A stretch of 64,000 nucleotides of DNA, taken from NCBI GenBank assembly GCA_963789395.1, contig CAWBKP010000017.1, forward strand, positions 1-64,000. Reading direction: 5' to 3'. The first letter of the stretch is position 1; each line of letters opens with the position of its first letter. Positions 1 through 9,888 of the stretch are shown piece after piece. Source of the stretch: an uncultured delta proteobacterium. GTDB taxonomy: Bacteria > Desulfobacterota > Desulfobacteria > Desulfobacterales > Desulfatirhabdiaceae. A program made the position numbers and the translations under genes. Under the pieces are notes generated by a model. The model saw only the letters and a list, made by a program, of their open reading frames with translations, had not been told where the DNA came from and searched no databases.

Positions 1-2169
1 TGCCATCCGGGGTGATCTCGAATTCCGTTCCCAATTCGGCATTGCTGTCACCGCCGACCCAAACCTGGAAACGACCGGGTTCAAGGACCTCATTGCCGTT
101 GTCGTCCAGATAAGAAAGTTCCTCCGGGCCGAGTCTGAACATAATGGTTTTCGTTTCGCCGGCCTCGAGAGGGACACGCTCGAATCCTTTCAGTTCCCGC
201 ACCGGGCGTGCCACACTGGCAACAATATCCCGCACATAACATTGCGCGACGGTTGTTCCGGCCCTGTTGCCGGTGTTTGTCACCTCAACGGTGACGGAAA
301 TTTCCGGTTTTTGAGGCGCCGGAGACGTTCGCAGATTGCCATATTCGAAGGTTGTGTACGACAGCCCGAAGCCGAAAGGGAAGAGCGGGGAATCGAGCGA
401 GTCAACATATCGGGAATGGCGACGACTGTTGGGAGGCATCGGCCTGCCGGTGGGACGATGGTTATAGTAAAGCGGAATTTGCCCCGTAGACCGGGGAAAA
501 GTGATCGGCAGTCGCCCGGATGGATTCACATCCCCGAAAAGGACATCGGCCACCCCCAGACCGCCTGTTATGCCGGGGTGCCATGCGAACAGGACTGCGT
601 CCGCCCAGTCCATCACCCGGGTGAGATTCAACGGGCGGCCGCCGAACACAACGGCCACGATGGGGATTTCCATGCGACGGGCTGACTCGACCAGCGCCTC
701 CTGGCCGGCGGGCAGATCGATGGTGGCCGTGCAGTTATCCTCGCCCGAGCGGCCCGCCGATTCTCCGATGGCGAGGATCAGCACATCACTTGAACGCGCC
801 AGTTTAACGGCATCATCCGATAAGTCATAATGGTGAAGCCAGGTTTCGGGGCCCAGTCTGCCGGCGATTGCCTCTTTCAGCGTTGTCACCTCTTCTTCCT
901 GCCCGTCGGGAGTCCAGCAGCCAAGTAGTGCCTGGCGCTGGTCCGCAAGCGGCCCGCTCAGGCAGATGGTCAACTTGTCGGAGCAGAGGGGCAGGACACC
1001 GTTATTTTTCAACAAGACCATACTGTCGGCGGCCAGTTGGCGCATGGTGGCGAGCGATTCGGGCAACAGGTGGACAGCCTGTGACGCGTTCGGATCGGCG
1101 TAGGGGCTCTCGAAGAGGCCGAGAGCGAACTTGATCCGGAGTATCCGGGCCACGGCATCGTTCAGACGTGCCTCGGAGACCTTGCCGGCTCGGACCAGAT
1201 CGGGCAGGTTCTTCAGGTAAACCATCATGCACATGTCCATATCCACCCCGGCGTTGCAGGCCAGCTCGGCAGCATGATTGCCGTCTGCGGCGATACCATG
1301 GTTGATCAATTCCCCTACCGCACCCCAATCGGAAACGACAAAACCGCCGAACCCCCATTGTTGCTTAAGCACATCCGTGAGCAGATAACGATGGGCGGAA
1401 AGCGGAATGCCGCCGATATCATGAAAGGCGCTCATGACGGTGCCGCAACCGGATTTTATCGCAGCCTTGAAGGGTGCCAGATAGACGTTATGCAGTGTCT
1501 GAGCGCGTGATTTCAGTGGAGTTGTAATCGCTCCCGCCTTCCGCTGCGCCGTAACCGACATAGTGTTTGGCGCAGGCGACGATACGGTCGGCAGGGAACT
1601 GTTGGGGAATTGCGTCCTGATCATTGCCTTGAAAACCTCTTACAGCCGCTGCGGCCAGTTTCCCTGCCAAAAAGGGGTCTTCGCCAAAACCCTCGGCAAC
1701 TCGCCCCCAGCGCGGGTCGCGGGCGATATCGAGCATGGGCGAGAACCCCCAATGGATACCGTCGGCGCGTGCTTCTTTGGCTGCGATCAGTATTGGCGGC
1801 CTGAATCAGCTCGGGTGACCAGGCGGCGGCCATCCCGAGAGGGATAGGGGCGACCGTGCGATACCCATGAATCACATCGCGTCCGAAGATCAAAGGGATC
1901 CCCAGGCGGGATTCCGTCACCGCTATTTTCTGGATTTCGTTGACAAGCTTGGCAAAGACCCGCTCCTGGCGATTATTGCCGGCCGTAGAACTGTTGGCCA
2001 TCAGACCGGACCCGATCTCGCCAAGGCGCACCTGGTCATACTGATCCGGACCGAGGTTGAACCACTGATTCAGTTGCCCGGCTTTTTCCTCAAGGGACAT
2101 CCGGCCCAGTAGATCTTCGATGCGCTCTGCAACGGGGAGCGACGGGTTTTTATATGCTGGATTGTTCAC
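1..2169 (-). CDS. Glycoside hydrolase family 3 beta-glucosidase (BglX-like); several frameshifts, C-terminus runs off the window start
   Basis: Fragments read SRLGIPLIFGRDVIHG, DIARDPRWGRVAEGFGEDP, ACAKHYVGYG, and a C-terminal Fn3-like ...LEPGRFQVWVGGDS at 50-130. GTG start with AAGGAG RBS. Confidence 0.9.
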
Positions 2170-2196
2170 GGAAACAACTCCTTACAATTTCAGAAA

Positions 2197-2231
2197 TGGT
2201 AACAAGCCTCAGGCATTGGAGTTGGTTAGGA
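2197..2231 (-). other. Possible vestigial (internally deleted) attC site
   Basis: Minus strand TCCTAAC-21 nt-GTTACCA just downstream of the TIR gene; too short for a full attC. Confidence 0.25.
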
Positions 2232-2285
2232 GCTGGGGACTAGACAATAAATCTTTGCTGTGTCGAGAAGTTCTCGCCTCTTCAT

Positions 2286-3572
2286 CTACAGCTTGAAGAA
2301 TACGATCCCGGAGAGCCCACCATAGCCGAGTGCAGCCGCAACCCACGCGAGGGATATCTCGTCAAAGGTTATTCTATGCCCTTCCATCAGGACTGCCCAA
2401 AATGACATGCCAATACCAAGGATTACGCCAAGCAATAGTGCTCTGCGGATTGCCCTTATAGGGACAGGGAAATTCATGTAACCAAACAAACAAAAGATTG
2501 TGGCAAGACCATAGTACAGAAGCGAGGTAAACTGTATATATCCGACATTGCTGTCACGGTGATTGGCATTCACTACGGAGAAAACCAAAAAAAATAGGGA
2601 TAACGGACCGAGTATCGCGAATGCCGGCTTTACAAACGGGCCGTACTTTTTATGACTTAATGGATGGAGTAAGGTGTCAGTATCCGCAGAAGTTTTTCTC
2701 GATTCGTGTCGTTCTCTCCCGCTTTTGCCCGACAGGCGCGGAAGGTCGGAACTGCTGACATAATGCTTTTGCGTCGTTTTTTCTTGTTGAATTGATCTTT
2801 CCTTTTGGGGAACTTGTCCTTTGGACTCAAAAGCTTCTGTTTTTCCATCTGGCTGTGGGGGTTGAGCAGGTTCTTGTGCAGGCGGTTCAGGTTCAGGGGA
2901 ATGGCCCGGGGGTGTGGATACTTCCCTCCTGCTCGCGAGTAATTCGTCAATCTCCTCTGCGATGGTCGCAAGAAGGTCACGCCGTTTTCTCAGCCTTTCA
3001 AGTAGCACATAGGCATCGTCAGCCGACTCTGGTTCACGCAAGCTTCGTTTAAGATCAACCAGTAGAGTGCTTTGCTTTTCGTAATTCAGGGTGGATCCTG
3101 TCTCGATCTTTTCAGCCAGGCTGGCAAGATAAGAGATTGGCGCTTCCGGGGGGGGCGGTAAAGGCTCGGGCAAAGGTTCGGGTAGCGGCACTGTTGTGAC
3201 AGCTCTGGCTAAGCGAAAAGCGGCGTTGCGATCCTGCTTCCGGTAGTCTACAAATTGAATTTGTGACAGCAAGGGCGGCAAGAGGTTTATGGACACGCCT
3301 TCAGCGACCAGTACAGGTAATATGGGTTTCCCGAGATCGGCAGCATAGCCATATTCGCGCTTACAGGCAGTGGAGTTCAGCGACTCTGGATCCAATAAGA
3401 AGACGAATATATCACAGTCGCGAATTGTTTTAAGGATTCGATCCCACCAGACCTGCCCGCCGCTCAAATCCTTATCAAACCACACGGTATTGTTTAGCAC
3501 TTCAAGATCGTCAGCCAAGTTTTTGGCGACAGCTTCAGCCTTCCGATTGTAGCTTATAAAAATATTCGCCAT
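2286..3572 (-). CDS. TIR-domain protein (TIR_2 type) with Pro-rich linkers and about 4 C-terminal TM helices; probable integron cassette
   Basis: IFISYNR...VWFDKDLSGGQVWWDRI...STACKREYGYA...PILPV TIR motifs; hydrophobic C-terminus; follows the attC core at 3654-3660. Confidence 0.85.
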   Translation of the reverse strand: MANIFISYNRKAEAVAKNLADDLEVLNNTVWFDKDLSGGQVWWDRILKTIRDCDIFVFLLDPESLNSTACKREYGYAADLGKPILPVLVAEGVSINLLPPLLSQIQFVDYRKQDRNAAFRLARAVTTVPLPEPLPEPLPPPPEAPISYLASLAEKIETGSTLNYEKQSTLLVDLKRSLREPESADDAYVLLERLRKRRDLLATIAEEIDELLASRREVSTPPGHSPEPEPPAQEPAQPPQPDGKTEAFESKGQVPQKERSIQQEKTTQKHYVSSSDLPRLSGKSGRERHESRKTSADTDTLLHPLSHKKYGPFVKPAFAILGPLSLFFLVFSVVNANHRDSNVGYIQFTSLLYYGLATIFCLFGYMNFPVPIRAIRRALLLGVILGIGMSFWAVLMEGHRITFDEISLAWVAAALGYGGLSGIVFFKL

Positions 3573-3653
3573 AAGTCTCTATTCCAAATGTAGGTTTTTG
3601 AAAATCTGCCTTGCTCAGGGTAGAATCATATCTCTCCTCGTTGGTTGTGTGCC

Positions 3654-3740
3654 CCGTAACGCCAAGCTAACCGGCGAAAAAGGGTTTCTTTGCTGCGCCC
3701 CCGCCGCCTTTTTGCCCCCGAGTTCAGCGCTGGGTTATGT
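3654..3740 (-). other. attC recombination site
   Basis: Minus strand ACATAAC-CCAGCGCTGAACTCGG...CGCCGGTTAGCTTGGC-GTTACGG; 87-bp imperfect palindrome with R''/L''/L'/R' boxes. Confidence 0.85.
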
Positions 3741-3787
3741 GTTGCTCATTGATAAAAATGAATCCGTCCCCTTTGTTCCTTCGTTGT

Positions 3788-3823
3788 CCTGTCGGCGGCG
3801 CTGCGTTCATCGCGTTGTTATGC
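3788..3823 (-). other. Left half of an attC site (right half deleted)
   Basis: Minus strand GCATAAC-AACGCGATGAACGCAGCGCCGCCGAC; R'' overlaps the sulfotransferase TAA stop and complements the cassette-start TTATGC at 4529-4534. Confidence 0.7.
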
Positions 3824-4513
3824 TACGGTCTGGGGAAATTCGTAACCAAAATGCTCGATCTCAAAAGAAAATTTTCTCTGCACTTCTCGCCGGCTTGGCG
3901 CTGTGTAGAGAACTTCTGCCGTAGCGTCTGGCCTGCGATATCCTTTCTTGAACGTTGGCAAATACTCCGGCTCAAATGGTAAGGCGAGATGCTGACATAT
4001 TCGTTCAATTTCGTTCTGAAGGGATTCGTACCGAATGACGTCATCTAAACAGAATTCGCCATTCATGACGTATTTATCGCGATCGATCGGGGTAGCATGT
4101 CGAACGTAGTCAAGAAAGCGACACTGTTCGCCTGTCATGCCGAGCGTGCGAAGCCTGTCCAAGAACGAAAACCTCTTGGCTTGGTAGTCTTTGCCGATGT
4201 GTTCGAACGCTGATATGCATTTCTCATAAGGATTCCGGATCACGCAAAACTTGAAATAGGTGTTCCATACATCATCACCTAAGGGCTCCCTAATAGCCGC
4301 CGCGGACATGTGGTTCCACCACTTGGTGTTCTGCGGCCTATCCCTGCCTCGAAATCCAATGATTCCCGTCGTCGATTCGTATTCATCGCGATCGTGTTTT
4401 TGTTCCCACACGCCGTCAGGAATGCAAAATCGTTCAAAAAAGGACTCGACACTGGTGCTGGCTGTTTTTACGGTCTTTGTGTAGATGAATCGATAGCGAT
4501 GGCTGACAAGCAT
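3818..4513 (-). CDS. Sulfotransferase family 2 protein (integron cassette)
   Basis: FIYTKTVKTASTS (5'-PSB-like) and FKFCVIRNPYEKCISAF (3'-PB-like) motifs. Confidence 0.85.
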   Translation of the reverse strand: MLVSHRYRFIYTKTVKTASTSVESFFERFCIPDGVWEQKHDRDEYESTTGIIGFRGRDRPQNTKWWNHMSAAAIREPLGDDVWNTYFKFCVIRNPYEKCISAFEHIGKDYQAKRFSFLDRLRTLGMTGEQCRFLDYVRHATPIDRDKYVMNGEFCLDDVIRYESLQNEIERICQHLALPFEPEYLPTFKKGYRRPDATAEVLYTAPSRREVQRKFSFEIEHFGYEFPQTVA

Positions 4514-4534
4514 AAATTACCTCAAGTAGCATAA

Positions 4535-5466
4535 ATTACGGGGTGAAAGTCCCCTGTATGTGAATTTGTGTCAGTGAGTTATATCACTGACACAAATACT
4601 AACCAAAGGCAAGGGCGGAACGTGGAACCGTCCGAAGGCAAAACGAAGCGCAAGGCTCGCCGCAGGCGGGAGCGACCGAAGGGAGGGTCCAGCCTTGAGT
4701 GTAACGCTATGAGCCGACGAACAGAAACGGCATATAACACATAGTCTCCTGGCAAGTTGGCATCACATAACGAAGCCCTGGATTCAGGAAATATGGTAAA
4801 TGCCGCGGTTGTGTAGCAACAGCTCACGTTCTTATCCGGGGAGACCTGCCCGGCTTGCAACTCTCTGTAAAGGGGGTTGCGTCCCGTGTGGCAACATGGG
4901 GATGACCGGACAGGGAGTCAGCAGAAGCCAACGAAGATTTTCCCGACCACTTTCGCCCTTTGTGACCTGGTATTCGTCAATCGCTACTGTCCGGCAGTTA
5001 CGAGCCTTCACCGGTTCTTCGTACGGAAATTCCCAAAAGATCGGGCGGCAAACGTCCGCAGGGGATTCCCATCGTACTGGATCGGGTGATTCAGCAGGCC
5101 ATTGCCCAGGTAATCGGGCCGATCTTCGATCCGCTGTTCTCGGAACACAGTTTTGGTTTCCGGCCGGGACGATCGGCTCATGATGCCGCACGAAAGTCCG
5201 CAATCTTCTTAAACTCGGTACCCCTTTGGATGCGGCCATATCAGTCGGGTTGAGTCGAAAAGGCCAGAGGAAGTTGGCACGAACACTTGCAGCGCAAATC
5301 GGCATGACCAATCACTGGTTAAAGGGTCAGGGTCTCATATCTGTCAAAGAACTGTGGGTGAACAATGACTACCCTGCCACGGCCCAGTAGCTTACATGAA
5401 CCGCCCGGTGCGGACCCGCATGCCGGGTGGCGTGGGGGCTGGGTTAACCCCCCCCGGCTACCCGAT
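4535..5466 (+). mobile_element. Group IIC (IIC-attC type) intron remnant, 5'-truncated, with an internally deleted RT pseudogene
   Basis: IIC ribozyme motifs GGGGTGAAAGTCCCC, TTCTTATCCGGGGAGACCTG, GTCAGCAGAAGCC. RT fragment 4933-5196 (YEPSPVLRTEIPKRSGGKRPQGIPIVLDRVIQQAIAQV...SFGFRPGRSAHDA; TGA at 4963). Domain X tail 5196-5390. Short DV GAACCGCCCGGTGCGGACCCGCATGCCGGGTGG and DVI ending CCCGAT at 5466. Confidence 0.9.
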
Positions 5467-5472
5467 TGGACC

Positions 5473-5815
5473 TCAGGTGGCCGATACGCTGTGCTGCGAC
5501 CGCCTCACCCAGACAAGCGCCGCAGTGCCTTGCATGCCACCGAAGATGAGAGGAAGTGCGCATAGAGTCAGCTTGCTCCCTTGGACTTCGAAGAAGCGCT
5601 CGATATCTGTTCCAGTCCAGTTCGGAAACAGGCTCACCTTTGCGTGGTGGATGACGCGGTTGCCTTGAAAACTGTACGGGCCGGCACAGCCGACGTATGA
5701 CGGCATTGCCGCTTCAACTCCTGGGGTGTTCCCGGCGCCACGAGGGACTTCTTGAGAAATTAAAAATGCTCATCCGCAAATTCACATCCAGTGCGTTTTT
5801 GCTGATGTGCCACCG
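5473..5815 (-). pseudogene. Lipocalin-like domain (Lipocalin_5 type) cassette gene, 5'-truncated
   Basis: SYVGCAGPYSFQGNRVIHHAKVSLFPNWTGTDIERFFEVQGSKLTL...LVWVR resembles the C-terminal half of this family; the upstream frame is broken. Confidence 0.6.
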
Positions 5816-5817
5816 GC

Positions 5818-6033
5818 AGTGCCCGTTTACATGTCCATGCTCATGGCAAAAAACGGTTTATTATTGCGCTCAAATATGAGGGCGAAGACCAATATCGGTG
5901 TATCATCGCATCCAATTCAATCTGGCGAACCATGGATATCATAGAAGCCTACACCTTAAGATGGGTGGTGGAGGTTTTCTTTCAGGACTGGAAGGCCAAT
6001 GAAGGATGGAGCAAACTGACCAAACAGCCCGGA
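5818..6033 (+). mobile_element. IS4-superfamily (IS701-like) DDE transposase fragment
   Basis: Manual translation SARLHVHAHGKKRFIIALKYEGE...IIEAYTLRWVVEVFFQDWKANEGW contains the Y-x2-R-x3-E-x6-K signature. Confidence 0.75.
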
Positions 6034-6821
6034 TGGAAAACAACCTTCCCGCATTTACTGCGGGCAGCCTAACAGCAAAGATTCAGGTGGCATCCATAAT
6101 GGGTCTGTTTGAGCAAATCATTTTGTCCGATGCTCCGGTTGGACGGTTCAAGCAGTTCGCTCAGGCGGTAGAACATAACACTGTAAAATTGTCTCCATCA
6201 ACGAAACACATGATAAACCGTGACTATGGAAAGTTTAATACAGTAGCATCATTGGAATACCGGTGCCAAACATCATCTGGTTCCATTGTCGCAATAAAAC
6301 CTGAACTCCGAGTGAAACTTATTCTTTAGCTGATTGCTGGAGCTGTATTTGTTTTTCGGCAAAACTGGAAAACATAAATTTGGTGTAGACCCTCTTGTCA
6401 GTCAAATAGGGAAAACTCCCGACTGGGAGATTTTCTCACGCAAAATGAGGCCAATCACTCAGATACAAACCGCATTAATTTTAATATTATTATACATTAT
6501 CTACTTTTCCAAATATTTTATATGTAAATAAGCCTGATTAACAACGCGGCGCAAATGGCTATCTCGGTGGCCACCGGACATAAGGGATGAATATTCATCT
6601 CAGCTTGCTGTCTGCCCATTTGCCCCTTGCCGGGCTCATCCAGAAGCGTTGCAGTGCGCTGTCTATCTGCGGCCTCCCCGCAACCGTTAACGCCCTAAAT
6701 TATTATACAAGGAGGTGATGCGGTTTTTCTTTTGAAAGGCGATGCTTTAAATATAAATCCGCTTTACGAGCAGGGCATACAGGCAGCAAAAAGTCACAAA
6801 CTAAAATCGTGGAGGTAATTT

Positions 6822-9433
6822 ATGTTTAAAAAACTCATGATTTCTGTTTTATTGTTGGTTGTGATGTTGGCCGGCCCATCGATTCTGCCGGTCAGGGCGG
6901 ATGTCACCCCAATTTACCCGCTTGTCCCGATCCCATCAGTGGAAACCCTGGAAATGGTCAACGAGACGCCTCAACTCTGGTTTGTCGAACTCTCCAGCCC
7001 CCCGACAGCTGACGGTACTGCCCTGACGGTTGTGAATGCCGAAAAGGCCTCGTTCCGGTCGGCGGCCAAAAAAGCTGGCATGGTCTACACCGAGCGCTAC
7101 GCCTTCGGCAGCCTGTGGAACGGACTCTCGATCCGTATCGGTTCGGGGCAGTTGGCAAAGCTTTCCCGCATTCCGGGTGTGAAGGCCATCTACCCGGTCG
7201 ATACCATTGCCCTACCACCCACTGTCCCCGGCGAGACGGATCTGTTCACGGCGCTGGCAATGACCGGCGCCGATATCGCGCAGAGTGAAATGGGGTACAC
7301 CGGCAAGGGCATCAAGGTGGCCGTAATGGACACCGGCATCGACTATGACCATGCCGATTTAGGCGGGGACGGCACCCCCCGAGAGAATTCGCATATCTTC
7401 CCGACCGAGCGGGTTGCCTACGGCTATGATCTGGTCGGTGACGACTACAATGCGGATCCTTCCTCGCCGTCTTATAGCCCTGTGCCAGTGCCTGACGATT
7501 ATCCTGATGACTGCAACGGTCACGGCACGCATGTGGCCGGGATAATCGGCGCCAACGGGGGCGTCTCAAGGGGGTTGCTCCCGACGTGATTTTCGGCGCC
7601 TACCGGGTGTTCGGCTGTGAAGGCTCGACCATGTCCGACATCATGTTGGCTGCCATGGAGAGGGCTCTGGCCGACGGCATGCAGGTCTTGAACATCAGCA
7701 TCGGCGCTGCCTACGTGTGGCCTCAGTACCCCACGGCTCAGGCCGCTGACCGCCTGGTGAACAAAGGCATTGTCGTTGTGGCATCAATTGGCAACAACGG
7801 CGCCAACGGTTTGTATTCGGCCGGTTCGCCCGGCCTGGGCAAGAAGGTGATCGGCGTGGCATCGTTTGATAACACCTCCATCTGGCTGAACTACTTCACC
7901 CTCTCCCCTGACGATATGCAGATCGGTTATGCTCCTGCTACCGGAGCGCCACTGCCGCCAACCTCAGGCACCTCTGAAATGGCGCGCACCGGCACGCCAC
8001 AAACAACCGATGACGCATGTTCCCCCCTTACCGCTGGCAGCCTGACCGGCAAGATCGCGCTTATCCGCCGCGGCACATGCAGCTTCTACACCAAAGCGTT
8101 TTATGCCCAACAAGCAGGCGCGATCGGCGTGGTGATCTACAACAACAACGCCGGCCGTTTCTCGCCGACTGTGGCCGGCACGCCGGCCATCACCATCCCG
8201 GTTGTCGCCGTTTCCGATACCGAAGGCACCTTGATCGACAGCCGCTTTGCGGATGGATCGGTCGAGCTTACCTGGACCAGTGAACGCGGCTCCTTCCCCA
8301 ACCCCACTGGCGGGTTAATCTCGACCTTCAGCTCCTACGGCCTGTCACCTGACCTGTCCCTCAAGCCCGACATCGGCGCCCCGGGCGGCAACATTTTCTC
8401 AACCTACCCGCTGGAGAAAAACGACGGCTATGCGTCGCTCAGCGGCACCTCCATGTCCTCTCCCCACGTGGCCGGTGCGGTGTCGCTGCTGCTGCAGGCA
8501 AAGCCCAAGACAAACGCTCAGATTGTGCGTACTATTCTGCAGAACAGCGCAGATCCGAAACCGTGGTGGGGAAATCCCGGCCTTGGTTTCCTGGATAATG
8601 TCCATCGCCAGGGTGCAGGCATGCTTGACATCGACGACGCCATCAGGGCCACCACCATGATCGAACCCGGCAAAATCTCCGTCGGCGAAAGCGAGGACGG
8701 ACCTGCCACACGCACACTGACCATTGAGAACAAAGGCTCGTCCGCCGTGACCTATGATCTCTCCTTTGTCAATGCCCTATCCACCGGTGACGTTATCGTG
8801 CCGTCATTTTGGCTTTCTGATGCCGAGGTTGCCTTCAACACCACATCTGTTGTGGTGCCGGCCGGGGGCAAATCTTCGGTGCTGGCAACGATTTTCCCGG
8901 CCACTGGCCCAGACAAGGGGCAGTACGGCGGGTACATGGTCTTTACCCCCCAGGAAGGCGGACAGGTATACCGGGTACCTTTTGCGGGGTTCGTGGGTGA
9001 TTACCAGAACATCCAGAGCCTCGAACCGACATCCTATGGGTTTCCATGGCTTTCTGCAATTTCCGGTGGGAACTACACCAAGATTATCAACCCTACCAAC
9101 AAAATTTTCACCATGCAGGGTGACGACATCCCCTATTTTCTGGTCCATTTTGAGCATCAGGTTCGAACTTTCCGCATCGAGATCTTTGCTGCCGGATCCG
9201 GCAAATCCTGGCACAGAGCCTATACTGAGGATTATGTGCCGCGCAACAGCTCCTCATCAGGATTTTTTGTCTTTCCTTTCGACGGAACAACATTCGCAGG
9301 CAAAAAGTCCTACACTGTTCCTGATGGAACCTATTACGCCAGAATTTCCGCTCTCAAGCCACTGGGTGACGATAACAACGTGGATCACTGGGAGATCTGG
9401 ACTTCGCCCACATTTTTGATCGATCGACCATAG
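6822..9433 (+). CDS. Secreted subtilisin-like S8 serine protease (Vpr-like; propeptide, PA and Fn3-like domains); frameshift near 7560-7590
   Basis: Signal peptide; catalytic motifs VMDTGID, HGTHVAG, GTSMSSP; PA domain GKIALIRRGTCSF; GGAGG RBS. Confidence 0.92.
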
Positions 9434-9586
9434 ATCCTGGGACAAACTGATGACAATTGCATGCCGGCAGAAATCGCTTCCGGCATGCAATCGGCGGGTA
9501 TTGCCAGTGGAGCCTTCGACATGCCGATTATTGAAAGCATCTCTAAGATTTAGCATTTTCATGAACACGGTTTGTCCCTCACGCTG

Positions 9587-9816
9587 ACTGCGGTCAAGGC
9601 CAGCATCAAGGGCTACGAAACGGTGGATTATGTGTTGGGTGCCCGAGCTGGCCGGCACATGAACGTCAGCTTGGCAACGAAACATGGCGCCACATAGTTC
9701 AACATCCTATCCCCTGGCAAAAAAATCAAAGCGGTGAAACAAGGCCATGATTGGGTGATCGAGGTCAATGACTACGAACACCACACAATTCCCGAAGCGA
9801 TGATTTTCGGCGGCTG
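9587..9816 (+). pseudogene. Remnant resembling a PliG-like (g-type lysozyme inhibitor) domain protein
   Basis: Manual translation TAVKASIKGYETVDYVLGARAGRHMNVSLATKHGAT*FNILSPG, then ...EVNDYEHHTIPEAMIFGG; internal stop, no start. Confidence 0.45.
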
Positions 9817-9888
9817 CTTCCGGTGAATGCGGTGGTTATCAGCCAATGAACCGGATATTGTAGCGGGTATAAACCTTGCGGCCTTTCC

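Noticed and set aside
4963..4965. In-frame TGA in the intron RT as possible selenocysteine or recoding
   Set aside because: It falls at a probable Trp position in an RT that is already deleted; simple pseudogene decay.
6006..6531. ORFs 6006-6329 and 6334-6531, and a lone GCCTAAC at 6067
   Set aside because: No recognisable motifs, RBS or attC palindrome; likely degraded DNA.
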